Shown here: positions 29,131 through 37,723 of the stretch, one piece after another
Layout of the letters: every line of letters begins with the position of its first letter
Position numbering within the stretch: the stretch's first letter is position 1
NCBI GenBank assembly: GCA_038060895.1
Contig: JBBTCT010000001.1
Span: forward strand, 473,917-537,916
Reading direction: 5' to 3'
Origin: Planctomycetota bacterium
GTDB taxonomy: Bacteria; Planctomycetota; MHYJ01; WSZJ01
Length of the DNA: 64,000 nucleotides
The notes under the pieces: model-generated
Told to the model about the DNA's origin: nothing
Databases searched by the model: none
What the model saw: only the letters and a program-made list of their open reading frames with translations
Program-made: the position numbers and the translations under genes

Positions 29131-29158
29131 ATTGTATAACGTCGTTATGCGAAGTCAA
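29131..29158 (-). promoter_or_regulatory. sigma70-type promoter of the RHH-int operon with palindromic operator
   Basis: TTGACT-16 nt-TACAAT on the minus strand; ATAAC-GTC-GTTAT palindrome (29136-29148) in the spacer. Confidence 0.65.
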
Positions 29159-29622
29159 GCAGAATCCGGCGAACAGGTGATTCGGCTTTGGAGAAGCGGT
29201 TGCTTTGCGAGCGCTGGGCCGGGCGAGAGTGAAGCGAGCGGGCCGGTGCGCGTCCCCTGTCGCACGCCCTCGCGTCCAATAACGCAAGGCCAGGCCGCTC
29301 GCTCCGCGCCGAGAGTAGCACGGGGTGCAGATCGGGATTCAAGCGTGAACGTAGAGCAAACCGGCAGGCTTTGCGTGCGGGCGAAGGGGGAGATTTGCCC
29401 CGTTCGACCTGTGCGCGGGACCCGTTCACGAATAGGTAATGCCCGACCATCATTCGCTAGAGACCGAGTCCTCTGGGAGTCTCGGGCTGGGGAGGTCAGC
29501 CGCTTTCCCGCCTGGCTTCACGCGATGCCGTAGTACGTCCCGGGAAAACAAAGCGTCGGCAGGTCCAGCGTGATTTCGCGCGACGGGACCGACGGTAAGA
29601 CGGTCGCGGTCATCAGGTACAT

Positions 29623-29895
29623 TCACTCCGGAGACGAAGGGTCCATCGGTGGATCGTTCCACTCGCTCCAGGGAGGTCCCTTCGGGTGAGAGCGCAGGGT
29701 CGCGAGCAAGTCGGGAGGCTCCTGTTCCGGTTCTTCCGTGAGCATCTCGGCGATCTGGAACACGTCGATACGCTCGCGATGTCCGTCAGGAAACATGACC
29801 TCGTCCGTTTCCCCCAGGGGGCTGACGTTGGTAACGATGGCGATGCGGCCGTCCAGCATCCGGACGACAGTCCCGACATTTGGCATCCAGCTCAT
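29623..29895 (-). CDS. Small hypothetical protein (beta-rich, KOW/SH3-like N-terminus)
   Basis: SD GAGGT before the ATG; VGTVVRMLDGRIAIVTNV pattern; acidic/Pro tail. Confidence 0.5.
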   Translation of the reverse strand: MSWMPNVGTVVRMLDGRIAIVTNVSPLGETDEVMFPDGHRERIDVFQIAEMLTEEPEQEPPDLLATLRSHPKGPPWSEWNDPPMDPSSPE

Positions 29896-30317
29896 AAGTC
29901 ACCTCGGAGCGGGTAGGACTCGAACCGGGTTCCCTAGACGGGGAGTGAAAATCTGACCGACGGGGACAGGGTACTGCGGGAGGGAATTGCCATTTGTGAA
30001 GCACCCCGCCGATCAGGTCGGCGAGCCTAGCGAACGAAGCGAAAGCGTCAACGAATCGTAAGGCGTTCGAGCAGGTCGTTTCCCTATCGCGACGCTCCCC
30101 TCCCGGCCGGATCGTTCCTCGGGAGACTCCCGGGGAGGGCCGGAATCGGTCGCGCTTCAGGTGGATCAAGGGGGCGAACGGAGTCAGGGTTCGTTCAACG
30201 AAGGCCGCGCTTTTCGGGACGGGCGGCTCGAAAACACTCGGCGGTCATCAGGTGCATTCCCCGCGAATTTGGTTCCATCGGCGAGGAATCGTTCCGCCGA
30301 AGCGGACTCTCACGGGA

Positions 30318-31001
30318 CTACTCTTCCCGAACCGTGCCAGGATTCGCCGCAATGATCGCCCGTGGAAGCCCAGAATGCGGGAAGCGAATCACGATGATGT
30401 TGTCCTTTGGCGAGCAACGGACAATCTTCGTAGGTCGAGCCCAGTTGTCCGCGAAGTGCCCAGTAAGAACCGCCGCGCCTGCGACAAGGGCGCAACACGC
30501 AGCGGTACCCCCTAATAATGCCGATGGTTCTCCCCGTGACTGAAAAGCGTAGATGAGCAGCAGGCCGACTCCTAACAAGAACGCAGGAATGGCCACGAAC
30601 AGGGACTGTCGGAATCGCGAAAAAAGTCGCCACTTACATTTCGCACAGGACGGTAACTTCAGGCTCGTCGTAGTGGAACCGACGCGGCCGAAAAAAAGCG
30701 GAGCGACATTCAGTTCTTCAATCCAAATCGTAATGTCGCGGTCGGGAGAGCCACCACAACCGAAGCACACTAGAGGCATCCGGACGGGAAGCCTGATGGC
30801 CAACTCGATCGATGCTGGTCGCTCTTGTGGTGTTCCTGCTTCGAAATTCGACAAAGGTGGCGGCGAGTCCCTCGGAGTGTGGACTGTCGCTTTGGACTTC
30901 GACAGGTCGCCTCTCCCTTCAGGAAGTCGCACTTGCGAACCGCAGGAGACACAGAACCCTTCGCCCAGAACGACTCGTTCGCCGCACTTAGCGCAAAACA
31001 T
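30318..31001 (-). CDS. Zinc-ribbon membrane protein with two TM helices
   Basis: MFCAKCG...FCVSCG N-terminal ribbon; second CFGC...CAKC pair; two hydrophobic helices. Confidence 0.7.
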   Translation of the reverse strand: MFCAKCGERVVLGEGFCVSCGSQVRLPEGRGDLSKSKATVHTPRDSPPPLSNFEAGTPQERPASIELAIRLPVRMPLVCFGCGGSPDRDITIWIEELNVAPLFFGRVGSTTTSLKLPSCAKCKWRLFSRFRQSLFVAIPAFLLGVGLLLIYAFQSRGEPSALLGGTAACCALVAGAAVLTGHFADNWARPTKIVRCSPKDNIIVIRFPHSGLPRAIIAANPGTVREE

Positions 31002-31040
31002 GCGAATTCTCCGAATGACTTCGGACAGCTAGCTTCGCAC

Positions 31041-31391
31041 TCACTCGATGCAGCGAGGACAAAGCGTCGCGTCGTAGAAGAAGCCCTTGGAGTCCACGAA
31101 TCTCTCTTCCCGTACTTCGACTTCGTTGAGTTCGAAGTCGCTCGCGTGATCGCCCTTTCCTGGTAGGAGGACTGATGGGCAATCCTTCCGAGCGTGGACG
31201 ATCAGGTTGTTGTAACGAGACTGGAGAAAGACCTTCGTTCCCTTCAGTCGCTTGAGCCGCGCCTTATCTCTCTCTGCCTCTTCGTTTGCCATGCGCCCGC
31301 GGAGTTCGGCGGTCGTCTTGGGGTCGCGCTCGCCGCAACCGAACAAGCCCGCGATGACCAGAAGGCTGTACGCAGTGATGAGTCGCCGCAT
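31041..31391 (-). CDS. Small lipoprotein with H-x3-C ... CxxC motif
   Basis: Lipobox LFGC; VHARKDC and LCPRC; SD AAAGGAG. Confidence 0.65.
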   Translation of the reverse strand: MRRLITAYSLLVIAGLFGCGERDPKTTAELRGRMANEEAERDKARLKRLKGTKVFLQSRYNNLIVHARKDCPSVLLPGKGDHASDFELNEVEVREERFVDSKGFFYDATLCPRCIE

Positions 31392-31422
31392 CTTGTCCGA
31401 TCTCCTTTCGAGTCTGGGACGT

Positions 31423-31914
31423 CTACCGGAGCTTCAGTTTGGTCGCGATTTCTTCGAGAACCTCGGCGTTCGCGTCTACGTGGTCTTTGATTTCCGAAAC
31501 GTCGTCCTTCGTTTCCGATACGTCGGATTCGACAGAGTCGAGCGTGCTGGTCATGAACTCAAGCTGAGATTCCAGGACAAGCAGCCGGTGTTCCTCCGCA
31601 CTCTTCGAGCGGACCAAGAGCGCAAACGTCCAGCTAGCTAGCGAAACAAGCGCAAGCGTTTGCAGCAAGACGACCGCCTTAAGTGGCTCGCGCCTGCTCT
31701 GGTGAACAAATTCCACCGCCGAACCGAGACGTGTTCTTTGCTTGGCTGAAGAGCCAACCTCTTTCCGACCGCCACCATCTGCCGGAGTAGAAGTCTCTCC
31801 GTCGGCGGATGGAATCTGGATCGCTACACCACACGCGGGGCACTGCCCCGACTTCCCGAACAGGTCCGCGGCGACGGCGATCTTCTTGTGACAGGCGTGA
31901 CACGCGAGAATCAT
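31423..31914 (-). CDS. Zinc-ribbon / TM / coiled-coil protein
   Basis: CHAC...CPAC, one TM helix, acidic heptad C-terminus; ATG overlaps the stop of the upstream nuclease. Confidence 0.7.
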   Translation of the reverse strand: MILACHACHKKIAVAADLFGKSGQCPACGVAIQIPSADGETSTPADGGGRKEVGSSAKQRTRLGSAVEFVHQSRREPLKAVVLLQTLALVSLASWTFALLVRSKSAEEHRLLVLESQLEFMTSTLDSVESDVSETKDDVSEIKDHVDANAEVLEEIATKLKLR

Positions 31915-33146
31915 CGGGAGCCTTCCAATAGGAGCGCCTTAACCTGCTCAATCGTCAGCCACGGTTTCGCGCGGTGGATCATGCGATGGCAGTTTGCACA
32001 AACGACCCCTAGGTCCTTGATGTGTGTCTTGTCGCCAGCCTTCAATTCAGCGACTGGCACCTTGTGATGGCACTCGATGAAGCCCTGGCCGCGGTCGCCG
32101 TATCGAGCGGCAAAGTCGAACCCGCAGGCCTCGCACTCTAGCTTGCCCAGGTCCTTCAGAACCTGCCTGCGCTTGCTCTCAACGAGTCTTCGATTTCGTT
32201 CTCGGACGACGTGACTTCGAGTCAGGAGCCGCCCCTCTGGTGCTTCCTCGATGCCTTCCAGCGATTCCGCACCGTCGCTGGGAGCATCAAGCTCTCGATC
32301 ATCTAGGCTGGAAATGATTGTCTCGCTCACTTCATGGCACCGCCGGGGATCGCTCGCGAACTCGATCCAGACTTCCTCTTCACCCTTCGCCCCTTGCTGT
32401 AGGCCCTTCTTTCCTCCCGCCGTATATTCAGGATCAAGCCTTCGGAAGTTCATCAGCTTCATGTAGATGCCGTTGGGATTCCGGAAGGTCGCTAGGCGTG
32501 CGGCCGGTGAGAACAGCTTCTCCCCTAGTCGGCGAATCGTGCGGCTCAGGGTGAGAATCGCCGACGAGGTCTTGCCCGGTGGATTCGGTCGATGGGACAA
32601 GTAGAAATCCAAGACGACAATGTGTTCGTCGCGAGTCCAGTCCGGATTCTCCTCGGACTTCGTTGGCTGGGCGGGGAGTCTGTGTTCTACGAGTTTCTTC
32701 CCGCAGTGAGCGGCCCACAATTCCTCTAGCGCTCTTACTGCGACCTCGTTCTTGACCTCGGTTCCAGACGAGTATGGAGTCCACCACTCGCCCTTGAGCC
32801 TGGAATCATTCAGGGTCGCGACGTCTAGCGGCGGATGAGCATCCGGATCGAGCATGGCGTCCCACTCCACCTTGACGTACCACGCCAGGTCGCCCGCCTC
32901 TTTTCTGGAGCCATCCCAGTGAGGTCCCTGGTAGGAAGCTCTCGTCACCCGTCCTGATGCGATTACTCCACGAGGCGGCGCGCCTTGCTTCAACAGGAAC
33001 ACCCGGTCTCCTCGATGGATGTTCTTGCTTCCGCCGCAGCTCCACCGGCTCTTCGCGCTTCCCCGCTTCGCGATGTCGGCCGCAAATTCCGCCGCGTCCA
33101 GGTCAGGCCAGAGTTCCGGGTTCCAAGTCAGCAGAATCGTCCGCAT
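31911..33146 (-). CDS. EVE/PUA-like + winged-helix-like + McrA-type HNH endonuclease (type IV restriction candidate)
   Basis: N-terminal LLTWNP..W...WSCG..GDRVFLL..GVIASG; middle NPDWTRDE...MKLMNF..LD; C-terminal ERNR, CEACGFDF..YG, ECHH and CANCHRMIH; SD AGGAG before ATG 33146. Confidence 0.85.
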   Translation of the reverse strand: MRTILLTWNPELWPDLDAAEFAADIAKRGSAKSRWSCGGSKNIHRGDRVFLLKQGAPPRGVIASGRVTRASYQGPHWDGSRKEAGDLAWYVKVEWDAMLDPDAHPPLDVATLNDSRLKGEWWTPYSSGTEVKNEVAVRALEELWAAHCGKKLVEHRLPAQPTKSEENPDWTRDEHIVVLDFYLSHRPNPPGKTSSAILTLSRTIRRLGEKLFSPAARLATFRNPNGIYMKLMNFRRLDPEYTAGGKKGLQQGAKGEEEVWIEFASDPRRCHEVSETIISSLDDRELDAPSDGAESLEGIEEAPEGRLLTRSHVVRERNRRLVESKRRQVLKDLGKLECEACGFDFAARYGDRGQGFIECHHKVPVAELKAGDKTHIKDLGVVCANCHRMIHRAKPWLTIEQVKALLLEGSR

Positions 33147-33327
33147 CTCAGGCACTCCTAGAGAGGAGTAGTGCTATGAACTCGCCGCTCACTCGGCGGC
33201 GATTCGTTTGCAACACGTTTCGAGTCTAGCTCAGCGGATCGGAATGTCGTCGCGGGACGCTCAGGTTTTGTTCCCGCGAGCTTGGTCGCATCGCCGAGAA
33301 ATCGTCCCACTTCTCCGCGAGGCAGAG

Positions 33328-34200
33328 TCAGGGCTTTCTCTTGAGGCTGGGCCGTTCCTCCTTGATCAGAATCTCAACGACCACCTGACCAGACTTGGGC
33401 GGCTTCCGTTTCAGTTCTAGCCCAACCTCCAGCCCCGCGATCTGCTGGTCTTCGAGGCAGTTGGCGAACAGGTGCGCGTAGCAGCGGGCGGCCTTTCTAA
33501 GGGACTTCATGTCGGCGCGAGCGTCGTACTTAGGGTCGATCTCGATCCGATGGAGTATTCCTTGGCGCCTTTCATCGATCTTCTGAATTCCGGTTTCGTC
33601 GATCCGGTACGCAGCCATAAGTCGCGCAGCTTCTTCTGTGTTGATCGAGGAACAAATCGAGGTCACCAGGCCGATCAGCTCCAGCAGCGTCATCCCTTTT
33701 CGGCATGACGCGAGAAGTTTGCCGCGAACTACTTCAGTGGGTGAAGTAGCAAGCGCCTCCTGCAAGGTCACCGTCTTTCCGCCGTACCTGCGCCCGAAAT
33801 AACTCGGAGGAGCGACTCGAATCGCACTCTCGGCTAGGTCCATCATGAGGGATTCGAAGACGGCGTGCGCTAGAACCAGGGCGAGACTGAATTGAGTCGG
33901 CCGGATGCCCTTCATCCGATTCTCCGTCCACGCCTCCGCGATGGCGTCGATGTTCTCGGGCCTGACCGGCCCGAGTAGGTGCGAAGGAACGTTGACTGGT
34001 CGTAGGTTGGGAGCGAATTTGCCTCGGAACAGAGATCGCATCTGGTCTTCGAAAGCGATTTGCTGCCTTTCAATTCCCTCTTCAACAATGTCGAAGTGAT
34101 CATCAAGGTTTAGCCAGTTTTGCTCGAAGAACGCCCAGGCCTTCTCAAAGTCCGTGTTCAGTCCGAGGGCCTTCAAGACGGTTTCATTCGGTTTGGCCAT
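33328..34200 (-). CDS. HEPN-superfamily protein (putative RNase)
   Basis: All-helical; AHAVFESLM helix with Glu; ERRQGILH gives an R-x4-H motif; TACCAT 7 nt before the ATG. Confidence 0.6.
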   Translation of the reverse strand: MAKPNETVLKALGLNTDFEKAWAFFEQNWLNLDDHFDIVEEGIERQQIAFEDQMRSLFRGKFAPNLRPVNVPSHLLGPVRPENIDAIAEAWTENRMKGIRPTQFSLALVLAHAVFESLMMDLAESAIRVAPPSYFGRRYGGKTVTLQEALATSPTEVVRGKLLASCRKGMTLLELIGLVTSICSSINTEEAARLMAAYRIDETGIQKIDERRQGILHRIEIDPKYDARADMKSLRKAARCYAHLFANCLEDQQIAGLEVGLELKRKPPKSGQVVVEILIKEERPSLKRKP

Positions 34201-34268
34201 GCACGCGATGGTAGGTTCAAGACCCGGCGGGGATCAAGATTGAGTCCCACTGAGCTACGGAGAATCCG

Positions 34269-35633
34269 ATGAGACTCGAAGGTCGTCCACCTGGCTTTAG
34301 CTCCATGAAGCAGCTGATCAACCGGCTGCACGCAGACCCCGTCAAGCAGCGAGAGGACCTAATCAGCATCGATAACGAGGACGTTCCGAACTGGCAGCGC
34401 CAGACTGTTTGGAACGAGGACGAGATGGGGCTTCTCGCGGCCAGCATCATCCTCAACTACCCAATCGGAATGATCATCTTGTGGAAGAAGACCACGGATG
34501 GAGTACGCGTTCCAATCGACGGTCGCCAACGCCTTACTGCGATCAAACACTTCGTAGAAGGCAGGATCGCGATTCCTACCGTCAACATGGTTCCCGACGA
34601 ACTCAAGGGCAGAAAATACATTCTGCTTCCGGGCGATCTGGAGAAGGGAATCAAGGAACTAGCGATCAAGGATCGGGACAACTTCGACGGCTACGAACTT
34701 TCGATTGTTCAGTACGAGAAGATCCCCGAGCCAATCGCGATGGACATCTTTGTTTGCCTTCAGCGCGGCAAGGTCCTGACCAAGACGGAAACTCGTGCTG
34801 CTCTCGGCGGGCGTCTGTGTAATTTCGTAACGAAATTGACTTCTGCTCCTCGGTTGACAGGCGAGGACGAGGAAGACGACGAAGAGTCACCGAGCGAATC
34901 GCTGCATCCGTTTTTCAAGCAAGTGAACGTCAGGAACAGCCGCAAGGCCCATCGCAACCTCTGCGACGTCATGCTTCACGAATTCCTAAATCCAGGGCAG
35001 GACAAGCACTGGTCGAGCCTAGAGTCGATGTACCGGGACAAGGCACAGACGTTGACCGCGGCCGACGAGGACGGTTTTCGGACGAGCCTGGGCAAGTTCC
35101 TGAAGGCCTTCCAGAAGGGCAGGGGGTTCGCCAAGAAACTGGTGCCTCAACTGCGAAGTGCCTTCCTGATCCTTACTGTCTTTCGCGCATGGCGAGAACT
35201 GACTGATCAGTATGCTCTGCCGGATGACTTCTCTTTCGCCGACTCATTTTGCGAGTTCGAGCGGCTGCGCGTAGAGAATTCAGATGAGTCGCCTTGGCAG
35301 TCGTTCACAAACGAGTTGAGCAACGCAGGCTACTCAAAGAATCGCATCGACTCTCGGCACGCGATCTTGATGTCCTTCCTCCTGCGGAAGTGCGAGGGCG
35401 CGACTCTTCGAGACACGAAACGGACTTTTTCGGAAGAACAGAAGCTCGCTATTTGGGACCGAGCGGGCCATCAGTGCGAGTGGTTAGATGGGGCGAAGAG
35501 ATGCAAGAAGGTGCTGGAGAATTTCCGCGAAGGTGACGCTGACCATATCGTGAAGTGGAGTTCGGGAGGCCCGACTAGCCTGGCGAACGGACGGCTCCTC
35601 TGCCAGAAGCACAATCGAATGCCCAGGCCCTGA
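34269..35633 (+). CDS. DUF262 (GmrS/ParB-like) + C-terminal HNH endonuclease
   Basis: NWQRQTVW, PIG, IDGRQRLT and F..LQRG..LT DUF262 motifs; DHIVKWSSGGPT...NGRLLCQKHN HNH motif. Confidence 0.88.
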   Translation: MRLEGRPPGFSSMKQLINRLHADPVKQREDLISIDNEDVPNWQRQTVWNEDEMGLLAASIILNYPIGMIILWKKTTDGVRVPIDGRQRLTAIKHFVEGRIAIPTVNMVPDELKGRKYILLPGDLEKGIKELAIKDRDNFDGYELSIVQYEKIPEPIAMDIFVCLQRGKVLTKTETRAALGGRLCNFVTKLTSAPRLTGEDEEDDEESPSESLHPFFKQVNVRNSRKAHRNLCDVMLHEFLNPGQDKHWSSLESMYRDKAQTLTAADEDGFRTSLGKFLKAFQKGRGFAKKLVPQLRSAFLILTVFRAWRELTDQYALPDDFSFADSFCEFERLRVENSDESPWQSFTNELSNAGYSKNRIDSRHAILMSFLLRKCEGATLRDTKRTFSEEQKLAIWDRAGHQCEWLDGAKRCKKVLENFREGDADHIVKWSSGGPTSLANGRLLCQKHNRMPRP

Positions 35634-35660
35634 CTTGCCCTCCGGCAAGGAATCTCCCTC

Positions 35661-36164
35661 TTACGGAAACACCTTACTAAGTCCGGCGAGGGTTCCCTTC
35701 GGGCACTTGCCCATTGCTTCGAGACAGCCCAGCGCGTACCTCTCCAGCTCTGAGAGACGCTTCGTCACCGAATCGTCCTTCACTTCTTTGGCAGTCGGGG
35801 TCTGCGTCGGCTTGCCATTCTTCGCGAATCCCGCCGTGATGTAGCGGACGGTCCGCGAAAGCTGATACAGGGCGCTGTAGTTTGCCCAAACCTCCGGCGG
35901 GAGTGATCCCTCTCGTTCGACCCATTTGTTGCGTTCAGAGTGCTTGTCGAAGGTCACGCCCTTGGCGCTTGCGATGGCGTCGATGAGTTGCAGCGCCGTG
36001 TAGAAAGTGGCGGTCGCCATCCAGTCCGGGAACTCGTCCTTGATTCCGGAGAGGAACTTGCGGTTGTGCGCCCACTGCTTGAGGTGGTCCTCGCTAGTGC
36101 TCTTCGCCAGGGAACACCTTGACCGAAAATTCGGGATCAAAGAAGGCCGACATATCGTCATCAT
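35661..36164 (-). CDS. Small HEPN-domain protein (toxin-like); true start probably near 36110
   Basis: HLKQWAHN, DWMATATFYTAL, KHSERN and YSALYQLSRTVRY match the small HEPN pattern. Confidence 0.65.
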   Translation of the reverse strand: MMTICRPSLIPNFRSRCSLAKSTSEDHLKQWAHNRKFLSGIKDEFPDWMATATFYTALQLIDAIASAKGVTFDKHSERNKWVEREGSLPPEVWANYSALYQLSRTVRYITAGFAKNGKPTQTPTAKEVKDDSVTKRLSELERYALGCLEAMGKCPKGTLAGLSKVFP

Positions 36165-36570
36165 CCGACGCCGGGATCTGACAAATCTCCCAGTGGTGCT
36201 CAGGAAACTGCCTGCCCATTTCGCGAACTACATCCGCGAGAAGCGGCGCAAGTTCAAAATCGAACCCGTCCTTGACGGGGACCACAAACGCCGTCAGGGA
36301 GCCTTCGTGAACGCAGCCGTAGCAAGCCTTCACCGACGCGCCCAGCTTCTTCATTTTCTGGTGCAGGACGACGATCATCTGCTCGAACTGAGCCTGAATC
36401 CGCCTCCGCTGTTCATCGTCGATTTCTGCCTTTGCAAGAATCTGGATCGCTTGACCCACGGTGATTCCCCAGCGATCACCGTCAGGAGCGTGAACGAACA
36501 CCATCCTCTCGGCCTGCTTGAAAAGCAAGTTGATCGGACGCGCCACGAGTTCCTGGTACGTCTTGCTCAT
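36094..36570 (-). CDS. Hypothetical protein, putative degenerate MNT-fold partner of the HEPN gene
   Basis: SD GAGGT before the ATG; overlaps the HEPN gene; C-terminal half has an alpha-beta-beta-alpha-beta pattern without DxD. Confidence 0.6.
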   Translation of the reverse strand: MSKTYQELVARPINLLFKQAERMVFVHAPDGDRWGITVGQAIQILAKAEIDDEQRRRIQAQFEQMIVVLHQKMKKLGASVKACYGCVHEGSLTAFVVPVKDGFDFELAPLLADVVREMGRQFPEHHWEICQIPASDDDDMSAFFDPEFSVKVFPGEEH

Positions 36571-36883
36571 TTGGATACCTCAGGTCTGGGTGTTGGCTGG
36601 GAACTATAAGTTCCAACAACTCCCTTTCCATCAGAATTCTATGAAAATGATACAAGGAACGGAAGTTCATTCCTCCTAACGACTTATCGGCAGGCGGTTG
36701 ACTGAACTGGTGCGAACTCTTGATCGTCTGGCCTTCGGTCGCGGTTCGACAGTTTCGTCCGCCCCGTGGTAACGGTGCGAGAGCCTGAGCTACGAGCCAG
36801 CGTACGACCTCGCCGCTCGACCGCAGGCTGCTCCGGATTCTAGACCCCGCCGGTCGCCTGGGAGTCGCTGATCCACCGAGGAC

Positions 36884-37213
36884 TCAGCGCAGCACGGCCT
36901 TGAGCAGCCCCAAGACCATCTTGGCCGCGGCGAGCTGACACTTCTCGCTCGACTCGTCATCGAGGAACCGCAGAATCGCCCGCTCGAAAGAGTCCGTGAA
37001 CGGCAGGCACCGCCTCACTTCCTCCCACTGCGGAAGCGCCCGGACCCTGCGGAAATACTGCCGAGCGACGGGGACGTAGGCGGGCAGGGAGTCCTCGATC
37101 TCCTGGGGCGGGGACGATGGTTCCGGGTTCGGAAGCGACTCGGGGTCGAGATCGGTCTTCATCTGGAAAAGCAGGAAGTCGAATAGGACCTGCACCCCCT
37201 GTTGGCGGCGCAT
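36884..37213 (-). CDS. Hypothetical helical protein
   Basis: Open frame co-oriented directly downstream of the Xis-like gene; start uncertain. Confidence 0.4.
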   Translation of the reverse strand: MRRQQGVQVLFDFLLFQMKTDLDPESLPNPEPSSPPQEIEDSLPAYVPVARQYFRRVRALPQWEEVRRCLPFTDSFERAILRFLDDESSEKCQLAAAKMVLGLLKAVLR

Positions 37214-37242
37214 CTGCTCAGCCCGGGAGAGTGGTGGCACGC

Positions 37243-37461
37243 CTACGCCCCCGCCGGTCCAGCGGCCCGGCGAGTATGGGTCCGGATGTACTTCTGGATC
37301 GAGGCCAGGCTGACTCGCCAAGTCCGGCGGACGCGCGTCCCTTCAAGTTCTCCGGTCACCAGCATCCGGTAGATCGTCTTCTCGGAGACCTGCCAGACTT
37401 CGGCGAGGTCGGAAACGCGAGCCCAGTCCTTCACTCCGGAATTCGACTGTTCGAGCGGCAT
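37243..37461 (-). CDS. Excisionase-like HTH (HTH_17) DNA-binding protein
   Basis: VSDLAEVWQVSEKTIYRMLVTGELEGTRVRRTWRV pattern. Confidence 0.8.
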   Translation of the reverse strand: MPLEQSNSGVKDWARVSDLAEVWQVSEKTIYRMLVTGELEGTRVRRTWRVSLASIQKYIRTHTRRAAGPAGA

Positions 37462-37671
37462 TCGGCGAGCCTCGAATGAGAGTACGGGGTCCTGCGGTCT
37501 ACTGCGGTCAAGCGGTAAACGTTCGTTCCGGCACTTCGCGGCGACAAAGGTCGAAAACTGCAATCCGGGTAGACCACCTTCCCCGGCAAGGTCTTCGCTT
37601 CACCTGCCGCGACACCTTTTCGTGTTCGAGGTCCTTCCCTGATCGGTTGTGGTCATCTCAACTTCTCCGAG

Positions 37672-37723
37672 CAACAACAACTCAACCTCCCCCCCCGTTA
37701 GGGGGGGAGTTGTAGTTGTAGTT
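37672..37723. other. Candidate replication origin / inverted repeat downstream of the helicase
   Basis: CAACAACAACTCAAC-CTCCCCCCC-CGTTA-GGGGGGGAG-TTGTAGTTGTAGTT, a palindrome with short iterated flanks. Confidence 0.45.

Noticed and set aside
29916-29926. GGTTCGAGTCC T-loop motif on the minus strand as a tRNA or extra att site
   Set aside because: The flanks do not form a full T-stem or cloverleaf, and an 11-nt match is too weak.
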